Shown: one piece after another, positions 51,207 to 64,000 of the stretch
Layout: every line of letters begins with the position of its first letter
Position numbering within the stretch: position 1 is the stretch's first letter
Source: Eledone cirrhosa
Taxonomy: Eukaryota
Assembly (NCBI GenBank): GCA_964016885.1
Contig: OZ024743.1
Span: 21,824,001 to 21,888,000 of the forward strand
DNA: 64,000 nucleotides
Direction: 5' to 3'
The notes under the pieces: generated by a model
Told to the model about the DNA's origin: nothing
The model's database searches: none
The model's input: only the letters and a program-made list of their open reading frames with translations
Translations under genes and position numbers: made by a program

Positions 51207-51336
51207 CACATATATATATACATATATATATATATACACATATATATATATACACATATATATATACATATATATATATATACACATATATATATATATA
51301 CACATATATATATATATACACATATATATATGTACA

Positions 51337-51370
<34 letters not shown>

Positions 51371-51435
51371 CACATATATATATACATATATATATATATA
51401 CACATATATATATATATACACATATATATATGTAC

Positions 51436-51466
<31 letters not shown>

Positions 51467-51785
51467 CATATATATATACATACATATATATATACATACA
51501 TATATATACATATATACATATATATATACATACATATATATACATATATACATATATATATACATACATATATATACATATATACATATATATATACATA
51601 CATATATATACATATATACATATATATATACATACATATATATACATATATATACATATATATATATATATACATTATATATCCATACATATATATATAC
51701 ATTATATATACATACATATATATATACTACATATATATATACATACATATATATATACTACATATATATATACATACATATATAT

Positions 51786-51826
<41 letters not shown>

Positions 51827-51853
51827 TATATACATATATATATACATATATAT

Positions 51854-51884
<31 letters not shown>

Positions 51885-52099
51885 CATATATATACATACA
51901 TATATATATACATACATATATATATATATATATACATATATATATACATACATATATATATATATATACATACATATATATATATATATATACATACATA
52001 TATATATATATATACATATATATATACATACATATATATATATATATATATACATATATATATACATACATATATATATATACATATATATATACATAC

Positions 52100-52132
<33 letters not shown>

Positions 52133-52191
52133 CATATATATATACATATATATACATACATATATATATATACATACATATATATATATAC

Positions 52192-52239
<48 letters not shown>

Positions 52240-52413
52240 ACATACATATATATATATATATACATACATATATATATATACATACATATATATATATACA
52301 TACATATATATATATACATACATATATATATATATACATACATATATATATATACATACATATATATATATACATACATATATATATATACATACATATA
52401 TATATATACATAC

Positions 52414-52444
<31 letters not shown>

Positions 52445-52449
52445 CATAC

Positions 52450-52480
<31 letters not shown>

Positions 52481-52485
52481 CATAC

Positions 52486-52516
<31 letters not shown>

Positions 52517-52531
52517 CATATATATATATAC

Positions 52532-52580
<49 letters not shown>

Positions 52581-52581
52581 C

Positions 52582-52630
<49 letters not shown>

Positions 52631-52645
52631 CATATATATATATAC

Positions 52646-52692
<47 letters not shown>

Positions 52693-52737
52693 CATATATA
52701 TATATACATATATATATATACATATATATATATACAT

Positions 52738-52802
<65 letters not shown>

Positions 52803-52941
52803 CATATATATACATATACATATATATATACATACATATATTTATATATACATATATATACATATACATATATATATACATACATATATTTATATATACA
52901 TATATAAATACATACATATATATAGATACATACATATATAC

Positions 52942-53007
<66 letters not shown>

Positions 53008-53055
53008 ACATACATATATATAGATACATACAAATATAGAGATACATACATAGAG

Positions 53056-53088
<33 letters not shown>

Positions 53089-53107
53089 CATACATACAAA
53101 TATAGAG

Positions 53108-53140
<33 letters not shown>

Positions 53141-53204
53141 CATATATATACATATACATATATATATATGTACATATCTATATATATCTACATATACAAA
53201 TATA

Positions 53205-53211
<7 letters not shown>
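51106..53211. repeat. ~2.1-kb (TA)n/(TACA)n compound microsatellite
   Basis: Direct reading; source of the spurious 460-660 aa ORFs. Confidence 0.98.
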
Positions 53212-53258
<47 letters not shown>

Positions 53259-53439
53259 TGTTTCTACTTTTGGCACAAGGCCAGCAATTACCCAGTGCAT
53301 TACTGGTACTTTATTTTATCGACCCCGCAAGTTTGAAAGGCAGATAACCTCGGCGCGATTTGAACTCAGAATGGCAAGGGCCGTAACTCTATGCGTCAAA
53401 GCATGGCGTCCGACCCTCTACTGATACTGCCAATCCACC
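53212..53439 (-). mobile_element. SINE family A with long (TTA)n tail
   Basis: Reverse complement of 17409-17583 plus head ggtggattggcagtatcagtagag. Confidence 0.88.
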
Positions 53440-53449
53440 AATAATAAGT

Positions 53450-53509
53450 AATGACGTGCATTTTGCATTTCTGTATCGATCTGGCTTGACTCTGGACCTC
53501 GTCGGACCC
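53450..53509 (-). ncRNA. Decayed hammerhead-like motif with CCGACGA core variant
   Basis: GGGU-CCGACGA-G...C-aAAAu-GCaC-GUC-AUU; most differences from GAAAC-GCGC-GUC fit CpG decay; helix II pairing poor. Confidence 0.45.
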
Positions 53510-53587
53510 CTACTGTGGTAATGACAGACCTGACTCTAAGCAGCGAGTGCTCACCGAGTAACTCATGCATCAAGTAACTCCACGTTA

Positions 53588-53643
<56 letters not shown>

Positions 53644-53996
53644 CTGAGTATACATATATATAAATATATAGGTTCATATCTATCTTATTTATCAAATCTG
53701 TTGTTGATTCTCTCCTAGACTTGGTTGTAGAAACAATTTTTTTAACAATATCATAAGAATTATTACATGAAGATTGGTGCAATAAAGAAAGCTTATGTGA
53801 ATATCTATATGTGTTAACTATTCAGTTGTATGCTGACACACAAAATACTGGCATTGTATATAATGGCTCTATATGATAAATTGCTGTTCTCACTGACTTT
53901 CAGCTTCCACAATACAGTGCAATCAAGTTAGAAAGTAAGAAATTGCTCAGCAGGTGCAAAATTCACAAGACATTCATATATATTGCGTGTGAGTGA

Positions 53997-54042
<46 letters not shown>

Positions 54043-54346
54043 CAATGTATGTATGTGTGTGTGTCTATATATATATATATATACACACACACACATATAT
54101 ATAATATAATTAACAATGGTTTTATGAGGAACGGAATGGACCCACAGATAAATTAGCTGTATAATACTTTAGTAAGAAAAAAGTACATCATTATTTCATA
54201 GAGAAATGATTGCTACAGGACTTTCCCAACAATTTCAAATGAACGAAAGATTTCTAATCATATAGAAGTCATTTCTATATGAAATATGTATATATAGAGA
54301 TGTATACACACACATATGTATGTGTATATGTTTGTGTGTGTGTATG

Positions 54347-54377
<31 letters not shown>

Positions 54378-54528
54378 AGAATACATATGTTCATCATATA
54401 AAATTTGTTATAGTATTTTGGGGTGGGTTATATAACTTAATATATAGATATGATACATTATATATAATAATGCATAACACACACACACACACACATATAT
54501 ATATATTCCTGTTAGGTATTAACCACTG

Positions 54529-54876
54529 TCATCATCATCATCATCATTTCATTTTACGTCCGCTTTTTCCTTGCTTTCAAGGGTGGGACGGGAACTGATT
54601 CTGGCTTGATTTCTACAGCTGGATGCTCTTCCTAACACCAACCTCATTTACAGTGAGTGCTGAGTGTTTTTTGTTCCGTGGTGCCTACACGTCCACTTTG
54701 CAGTGGAATGATATGGACCCCAGTCCCTATCATCTCATTTCTACAGCTGAGTAAACTGGAGCAATGTGAAATAAAGTGTCTTGCTCAAGGAAACAACACA
54801 TCACCCGGTCTGAGAATTGAACTCACAACCTTTCGATTGCAAGCCCAATGCTCTAACCACTAAGCCATGTGCCTCC
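54529..54876 (-). mobile_element. SINE family B, full length
   Basis: Close homologue of 37738-38084 with A/B boxes and (GAT)n tail. Confidence 0.9.
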
Positions 54877-55019
54877 ATAACTGTCAAGTTACAAATTTCA
54901 GTATTGACACTCTCAAATGTTAGCACCCTAAAAATTAAATCAAGTGAAATGTGGAGACAAGTAGATCTATGCTGTGTACCGAGGGGGTGCCTTATCAAGG
55001 CTTATTACAAATAGATACA

Positions 55020-56200
55020 AACTTTACTGGGTAGGAAATGACAATAGGGTAGGTGGTGTAGGTATTCTACTAGCTGAGAAATGGAGAAATAAGGTGATAG
55101 ATGTAGTTAAAGTGATAGAATTATCCAACTTAGAATAACTGTAGGAAATAAAATGGCAACAATTACATCTACCTATGCACCACTGGTAGAACTGAGCAAA
55201 GAACAAAAGGAAAGGTTCTACAAGGAACTTTACTTACAACCTCAGCCACTGATGAAAGAGAGCTCATCATCATGACAGGCAACTTCAATGGACATGCTGG
55301 ACAGTACCAGAATGGATTCACTGGAGTTCATGGTGGCTATGGTTATAGCTCAAGAAATGAAGAGGGAGTGAGGCTCCTGGAATTCTGTGGTCTAAATAAC
55401 TAATCATTTGCAACACAAATTTCAGAAAACAAACAGCCACCTGATCACGTCTCATTCAGGTGAATACAAAAGCCAAATTGCTTTCTAACTTGTAAAACAA
55501 TGAGATAAACAGATGGTGAAGAATCTGCCACCCAACACATGTTAGTTGTTGACATCAGGATAAATATAAGACAGAACAAGATACGCAGGAAAATATGGAG
55601 ATGGAAGGTTTGGAAGCTAAAAGACCTTACGGGATGTATTTGATGTTTAGAAAGGTCTTACGAGATGTATTTGATGAGGTGGGAGACAAGTTAGATATAT
55701 ATGACATAGAGGACAATTGGAAATTCTTACGTGACAACCTATTGCAAACTACTGATGAGATTTATGTGTAGAGAAAAGCACAAGTCAGACAGAGGGTGGC
55801 CTGGTGATAGAACAGCACAGTGGATAGAGCTATGAAAACCAAGGGATGGGTGTGGAAAGACTGGAAAAATGGGGTAGCAGAGACCAGTATCAGATAGCTA
55901 AGAGAGAAGCTAGACAACAGGTATACATAGCTAGGAAAGAGGCTGAAGAAAGTTTGCCAATGACTTCCGACATGATGATCAGAGAGATGTGAAATATTCT
56001 GTATTGCAAGGCAGTGTATCAGTGTGAATCAGAATGTTGTTGGGGAAACGTGTGTTAGAAATGACACTGGAGCACTTAGCACCACTTATCCTCAAAAGAA
56101 AGAGGCCTGGAAATATCAATATGAAAGTAGAGGATGAATAGCAAGAAGAGAGACTATCCTCAACTTAACAGAGGGACCAGCTATAGGGTCACCGAAGCAA
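55020..56200 (+). mobile_element. Old RTE LINE, APE endonuclease and tether region, decayed
   Basis: Peptides DRIIQLRI...STYAP, IIMTGNFNGHAG, GVHGGYGYSSRNEEGVRLLEFC, IICNTNFRK; many stops and frameshifts. Confidence 0.88.
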
Positions 56201-58960
56201 TCAAGGCATTGGTAGGAAGAATATCCTCTCTTGGACATGTGATAGAGATATCACATGCCACCTAGAATTCAGGAAAAAGAACTAGTTATTAAATATCTGA
56301 TCAATGAGAGAGTTAAGGAATTCTCTATGTTATAGTTGAAAATGTTAAATGTGCTCATATATGTGTGGAATATATCACTCACATCACCAGCAGCTGCCAA
56401 AAAATGGTCAGAAAGGTACTACCTTCCCATGAGACGTAATGTTGCCAAAGTTGTTTACAATGTTCTCTAAAGAAAGAAATTGTCTTGATGGTCAAACGAA
56501 AGATACAAAGAACAGAAATATAACTGCACTTATAAAAATCAGGAATATTGGAGGAACATTCCAATAGAAATAGTACTCACAACACAGCTAACATTGTTCT
56601 CTGGGACAGCGAAGTAAAATCATACAGTCAGCTGCCCAGTGGCTATGAATGTCTCATTTGACATTCTGTAATGATTTGGCAAAAACTATCTAAAAGCAGA
56701 TTTGTTAATTCAAATGTCTATAGTGTCTTTACTGGTAGACAGATTGTGTGATAATTCACAGTAAACTAAATTCAGACTTCAATTTCTAATATGATTTAGT
56801 TATGGTGTTGTTTTGTACTTTTCAAGCATGTTTTGCTAATAATATGGTTTCATGTGGTACAGGATGTTAAGAGTTAAATTTGTGGATGAAGAAAGCATTT
56901 ATAGTGGATTTAGTGGAACATAAAAATCTTGCAACATGGTTATAGATTCTCATTTGTATCTATTATTCTTAATGTTCATGGTATGTAAAACATATATACA
57001 TTAAGACCTAGAAATGTAAACTTTTTTTCATGGTACTCCTCTTTTGGGTTTTTAGAGGTTGACCGGTCTGTACACATTTATTAAAGTCGGGCAAATACAT
57101 CCACACACGAACACACACATATGCTCACATTAACATACTATAATTTTGACAAATTGTTAGTGAACAACTTGAATTATGCAAATAAGAGGTTTATGAAAGA
57201 GAAAAGAAACTAAAGGTATGAGAGGTACTGCCAGATTACAGAACTAACTTCTTTGGTACTAGGAACTTATAAAGCAAAAGTTTCTCAGTGAATGGCCTAC
57301 AATTAGATAACTGTCTCCCCAAAATTTACAAAGTTTCCTCAGACTTTTATATAGCATGAAGATTCATTTTTCTTTTGCATCCCAGATCATCCATCTGCAA
57401 AAGGCTATAATTAATGTAGAGCAGCCTCAATTCATTGGAAACAATGTTTCGAGTTATGTTGATGCAGAAATTGATGGTGAGATGATACTTAGGAATGCTG
57501 TAGTAGTTTTCTAGTGACTACACCTTGTATGATTCAATATCTCTATCAGCATCAAAGTGGAATTACACCAACAGCTGCCTATACCAAGGAGACATGGAAA
57601 ACTTCAGTTAACATTTGCAACAAACTTGAGGTCTTTCATAGGTGCTGTATGTAATCAATACGGAAAACTTCCTGAGGAGACTATGCTATAAATGAAGAGG
57701 TTATGGAAGGAGCTGGGATGGGAGAATTTATAAGCTATTGTGAAAAGAAAGCAGAGACGATTTGGTGGTCATGTCCTGCATTTAACGGAAAAGGATATCT
57801 CATAAAGCAGTGGAGCAAATAACTGAAGAGAAGATGGGGAGGAGACCACATTATACCTGAAGGAAGAACTTTTGTGGAGAATCTGCTGTAGATGGAAATA
57901 GGATGAGGAATCAATACAAGCATAGCAAGTGACTGGCAGCATTGGAAGAAACTCATTGTCCAATTTACCATTAGTTATGGAAGGACTTAATTGTAGAAAT
58001 ATATGTGTATGAGTTGCATCTGTAACATCAATACATATACACATATATATATATATATATTACACAAACTATATATTATATGTATAAGTGTTTTTGAATT
58101 CATGATCTATAGAGCAGCAGACCGAAGTCGTCATTGTTTAACTCTTTTGTTACTGTATTTCTAATGAAATACACTGCTAATGTATTTCAATATATTTTGA
58201 AAATAAACATTTGAAGGAAATACAAAAGGATGATGTTGTAATCTAGAAAATACACATGGTGTTAATGAGGCTGTTTGCTTATTATATTATTATTATTATT
58301 TATTCACTCATGAATACAATAAAATAAAGTTTTCCACTAATAAGCTAGTGTTTGGAACATTACTTGAAACATTTTCTTAAATATAATTATAATTGTTTCT
58401 ACTTTTAGCACAAGGCCAGCAATTATCCCAGTGTATTACTGGTACTTTATTTTATCAACCCCGTAAGGATGAAAGGCAAAGTTAACCTTGGCGGGAAGGA
58501 TTTAATATTAAGTACAAATATTTTAAAATGGGTAATTTGTATCAGAAAAGTAGGGTAGTTATGTGTAAGTAGTCATCAAAAGGGTTAATCCCAAGCTGGA
58601 TGTGATTGAGTTGACCTATAATGTAAAGACATACAATCAGGACTATTTTATTTTATTTTTCTTTCTTCAGGCTTCATATATATATAGCTAATACTGTACA
58701 TACCTCCACATGAACATAAATAAAACTAAACTAAACTCATGCCATCCATTAAGCAAACTCCTACAACCAGCCTTACCCATAAAACCATACCATAGCCATA
58801 AATTAAATTCAAACACGTTGCTCAAAACTATACCTGAACCCTCTCAGTCAAACAGCAATCAACCTACTTGAATTATTGCTATGGGGTTGCAGACTTCATC
58901 AGGCTGAATCTAATGAAATGCTAAATAACACCATTTTTAAGATGGCAGGGTATAGTTTTA

Positions 58961-59159
58961 CCCTTTAGCATTCACTTTATTCTATATTTACTATTGTATT
59001 TTCATGGTAAAAGGCTTTATCTCATAATATCGATGAGATTTTGATATTTATTTTGAGAATAATACCTTTAAAATGGAATGAGCTACCGGTTATGACTGGT
59101 TTGAACAGAAAAGGGTGAGAGAATTCTGGCCAGATATAGCTGGTTTAAATGCTAAAGGG
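58961..59159. mobile_element. piggyBac-like MITE
   Basis: TIR ccctttagcatt / aatgctaaaggg with ttta and ttaa flanks. Confidence 0.75.
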
Positions 59160-59917
59160 TTAAGGTTTAGCTGCTACTGTGATCACGAAAGTTGTTGGCT
59201 CAAATTGATGAGAGTAATGTCATGTAATGGCAATGATAAGATCTATTCTTATAACAAAATTATAGGCACTATGTTGTAGTTATAGTTTAGTCCAGGTCAA
59301 CCTTGACCAATTAGAATTATGATCAAAAGCATTCCTTGCTGAGAAAATCAGTCTTTTTGTGTCTAAAACTACAGTATGTAATATGCCCTTCCCTTTTAAA
59401 AATAATAGGTAGGGTGTAGTTTGAGGGAAATAATATAGCTGCTGTGTCTAGCTGGTAAAATGACTCACATAGAGATTTCCATGTTAGAATTTGTTGCGAC
59501 TTTCTGCACTCTGAGTTCAAATATAGCCAAGATCAACTTTACCTTTCATACATTTGGGATCAAAAAATTTAAGTACCAGTCCAGGGGTGGTAGATTGGCA
59601 GTGTTGTTAAAGAGTTGGACCTAATACTTTGCAATATCTATTTCAGCTCTTTCTATTCTGAATCAAAAATCATGCCTCACGTGACCAGAAAATTGATGAC
59701 ACTTATGCCAAGAATTGTGACTCCAGCAGATAATATCGGTAATGGAAAGACGCATGGAAACATTTTCCTTGGCCCAGCTACTGTTGTTCAACTGCACCGC
59801 AGATTAGGTCCCTAACTGAGAAGTAGTACAGTCCATATAATGGGCTCCTGCACAGTTTTTGTTTAAGTTTCACACTTCACCCAGAAAGTATATTTTGACC
59901 CAAGGCTACAAGATAAT

Positions 59918-60103
59918 TGTTTCTACTTTAGGCACAAGGCCAGCAATTACCCAGTGCATTACTGGTACTTTATTTTATCGAGCCCGTAAGGATGAAAGGC
60001 AAAGTCAACCTCGGTGGGATTTGAACTCTCAGATCGTAAAGGGACGTAGCTATGCTGGAAAGCATGGTGTCTGACCCTCTACCGATACTGCCAATCCACC
60101 GCC
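59918..60103 (-). mobile_element. SINE family A, full length, with 12-bp TSD
   Basis: TSD ctacaagataat at 59906-59917 and 60104-60115; head ggcggtggattggcagtatcggtagag; B box gagttcaaatcc. Confidence 0.92.
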
Positions 60104-60223
60104 CTACAAGATAATGTTTTATTATTACACCTGTGTCGAAGACGAGTGTAATAGTTATATATATATATATATATAGAAAGGATAAAAAGGACGATTGATT
60201 ATTCCTTCATTGCATTTATTGAT

Positions 60224-60310
60224 AGGTGACGCGCGTTTCGCCACTGATCAGCTCAAGGTTCGATCTATATCGATCCTACCCGACTCAATAATCTGCAGCT
60301 CGACGGACCC
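60224..60310 (-). ncRNA. Hammerhead-like motif with variant core (CCGUCGA) and extended helix II
   Basis: GGGU-CCGUCGA-GCUGCaGAUUA...UGAUCaGUGGC-GAAAC-GCGC-GUC-ACCU, followed by AATAAA and (TA)n. Confidence 0.65.
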
Positions 60311-60537
60311 TCTTAACATGCTATAAGAAAATGAAATACATGCTATGTGATAAAGTCAGATATTCAAGAGTTTGACAAAATGAGTTGTTTTGATTGGTGG
60401 GAAGGGTCAAGGCGATGTACTGGCCTGTAGTGTATATGGGGGTGGGTGTGATGGTGAGATATTGGTGACGATGGGTGGATGAGATGAGCTGTGATGTGGT
60501 GGTGGTTGATTGGCCTTGGCGTGTAGAGTATGTGGGG

Positions 60538-60611
<74 letters not shown>

Positions 60612-61491
60612 CATTTTAAGGATAGCAAGTTGATGGGTTTAGTTAGAATTTTCAAAGTAAAATTTATTTTTCTGGTGACCTTTTTTGCTTTAAAGGAATA
60701 TGGCCTTCAAAACTATTGTAAATTACTCATCTTTTTGTGATTCCTCCACCCGAGAACTCCTTAACGCCCATCTCAGAGACAATATAAAGACACCATATAG
60801 TGGAATAAACCAGCTTTTTTGTTATCACTCAACCTGTTAGAAATAACAGTCAAATCTTCCTCAAATCTCACCCTACTGTCTTTTAAAAAGAACACATAGA
60901 ATAATATATTCCTGGCTTCCCTACACATAGAAAAAGTCAGAATATTTCTGACTATAGCTCTGTTCTGGGGTTAAACAACAACCATACAGTGGATTGCCAC
61001 CAGTATCATATGAACACAAACCAAACTTCTTAAATACACAGGTAATGCATGTTGGGAGAGATGAAATTATACTCATTACTTTTGCGTTCCTTCCCCTCTA
61101 TTTACTACTCTTTTACTAGCCCTCTTCTGCTCTTTGTACACATATCCGTTACTTTTGTAGATATATCTGTTGGTATTTATGATAGCAAGCCATGTAAAAC
61201 ACCACCTAAGCAGGTCCCTATTTCACTTCCTAATCTAGACCTTATATAGTACAGATGCGTTTATCTTCCCATGAAGCATCACTGTTCATGAGGCCCTGTT
61301 TTGAAAGAAATATGAAGAAGAATTTAAATAATACAGGCAGTCCCCCAGTCTGTATAGCAGCGCATGAACCACCAAATACAATAAATTCTACAATATTACG
61401 AGCACTGAGATCTTTCATCAGTAAATATTTATTTATCACTTAATAGCCCTAACATTCTCTCTCTCTCTCTCTCCAGCGCACGAGATATACT

Positions 61492-61544
<53 letters not shown>

Positions 61545-61554
61545 ATGTGTGTGT

Positions 61555-61624
<70 letters not shown>

Positions 61625-61670
61625 ACATATCGCGCGCTAGATTGACAAACGATAAACAGAATCGATCGAC

Positions 61671-61688
61671 GGCACCCTCCAGTGGGCA
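61671..61688 (-). promoter_or_regulatory. CTCF-like motif in a small CpG-retaining patch
   Basis: Minus strand TGCCCACTGGAGGGTGCC; nearby cgcgcg, cgatcg and ETS-like accggaaat; motif match only. Confidence 0.3.
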
Positions 61689-62420
61689 ATAATTATTCCT
61701 ACCGGGGGAATGGTAATTGTGATGTTTGTCATGCATGTCCTCTGGGATACTGAGAGTGAAATATAATGATAAAATGCAGCAACCGGAAATATTTGAAAAA
61801 TAAATCACTAAATTCGTTTTTTTTTTTGTATTTGTTGTTTATAATTTTCTCCATATCCACAATTATTAGATTTGTATTCTATCTTATCAAAAGAGTTGAT
61901 CTCAAGGTGGGGGTAGAGGTAACCTAGAAGTGGTTGACCGGTCATACCGCAAGGTATTTTGTCCGACGCTCCAGCCTCTCTACCTATATACTCGGATAAC
62001 AAGGAAATTTACTCCACTGTACACAGCTCTTCACACATGAGTTAACGAGGGAATCTCTAAGTGGTTGTTCGACCTGTTAGAAACAGCAGCCAAATAACCC
62101 TCTTGTACACATTTGAAAATATAATCTCATGTAAGAAAAGATAGAGCGATCACTACTGGAATACTTCTGATCATAAGACCTGTTCGATTATAGAAAAACA
62201 TGGACTAAAACAACACACACGGTACTTGTCATCCTTGAAACATCTTGGGGTATTTTGATAACTTAGTATTATATATCACTACTTCTCTGACTTAACTGTT
62301 TTATCATCACTCAGAGTGTGAGAATAAGTGAGGTTGTTTTCCTTTGCTGAATATGTGCTTTATTGTGTACACAACAGATAGATGTGTGTGTGAGATAAAC
62401 AGACAAACACGCGCGTACGT

Positions 62421-62461
<41 letters not shown>

Positions 62462-62703
62462 CACACACATACGAGTGGAAAAGAAGAAATAATCTATGCT
62501 GGGAAAGTTGTCAAAATAATAAGGAGTGTGTAAAAATAATTTTGCAGTACTTGTATATTTTATGTATGAATTTATCAGCAAACATTTTGTGTACAATAAA
62601 TAATATACACCGGCACTAGGCTACGATAGCTTGAGTAAATGAACTGCTTAATGCTATATATGTATATCTATATAGATATGTGTGTGAATATATATATATA
62701 TAT

Positions 62704-62899
62704 AACAAAGGAATTGTGGTAAGGAACCAGATGGACCATAACGCACCAGAGTACTCAATACTTAGGGTAGTAGAGTGGGAAATAGGAAAAAGTATGACCC
62801 CGACAGCAGAGCTCAAGCCGTTTCGACGGCTATTTCTGAGTCCAGAAATAGCCGATGAAACGGCTTGAGCTCTGCCGTCGGGGTCATACTTTTTCCTAT
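62704..62899 (-). mobile_element. Short fold-back element with HHR 3' half (57-bp arms, 4-nt loop)
   Basis: Arms 62782-62838 and 62843-62899 with 3 mismatches; GAAACGGC-uugagcucu-GCCGUC-GGGGUC; (TA)n on both sides. Confidence 0.85.
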
Positions 62900-62916
62900 A
62901 TATATATATATATATA

Positions 62917-63062
62917 TTCGTATGTGGTTGACGGCTGAGAGAAAAAAGTACTCAATATCAAAGTAGGTAGAGTTTTAATATTCATTTTATTAGGCTAAAT
63001 ATTGAGTCTTGGTTACCCCAGAGCACCAAGTCTCACTATTTAGGCTTAATAAAAATGAATGA
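62917..63062 (-). mobile_element. Short fold-back element (~35-bp imperfect arms)
   Basis: attcattttattaggctaaatattgagtcttggt (62980-63013) / accaagtctcactatttaggcttaataaaaatgaat (63025-63060). Confidence 0.65.
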
Positions 63063-63080
63063 ATATATACATGTATATAT

Positions 63081-64000
<920 letters not shown>

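Noticed and set aside
50061-53424. Long ORFs up to 664 aa, and similar Y/I/H/T/C/V-rich ORFs at 23.5, 48.2 and 63.2 kb
   Set aside because: Translations of (TA)n/(CA)n microsatellites, which lack stop codons by composition
54805-54876. tRNA gene (also 38015-38084 and 60020-60103)
   Set aside because: A and B boxes are present but continue into SINE core and LINE-type tail; no clean cloverleaf
57386-57476. Plus-strand exon with good splice sites (IIHLQKAIINVEQPQFIGNNVSSYVDAEID)
   Set aside because: Peptide resembles the decayed RTE motif V-x-x-F-x-YLG-S-x-I-S...DAEI, so it is more likely a LINE relic; exonisation cannot be excluded without RNA data

Overview
AT-rich, repeat-dominated eukaryotic DNA. 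The mix of (TA)n/(CA)n microsatellites, tRNA-derived SINEs, RTE LINEs with (GAT)n tails and Penelope-like remnants suggests an octopod/cephalopod genome; this is inferred from repeat content only. I recognise no host protein-coding gene, and almost all long ORFs in the track are translations of microsatellites. Well-supported features are a complete but defective Buster/Charlie-type hAT transposon (TIRs, 8-bp TSD, internal 40-bp minisatellite), three recent RTE LINE copies (one with a PHD finger after the RT core), older RTE and CR1/L2-like relics, two or three SINE families, Tigger- and piggyBac-like MITEs, and a rearranged Penelope-like element (PLE). The most striking signal is absent from the ORF track. 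About a dozen intact, half or decayed type-I hammerhead ribozyme (HHR) motifs from several unrelated sequence families sit in short elements that end in (TA)n and carry an inverted partial copy of themselves at the 5' side. In at least three cases the fold-back point lies in or next to ribozyme helix II. All RNA folds were done by eye and need computational and experimental confirmation.
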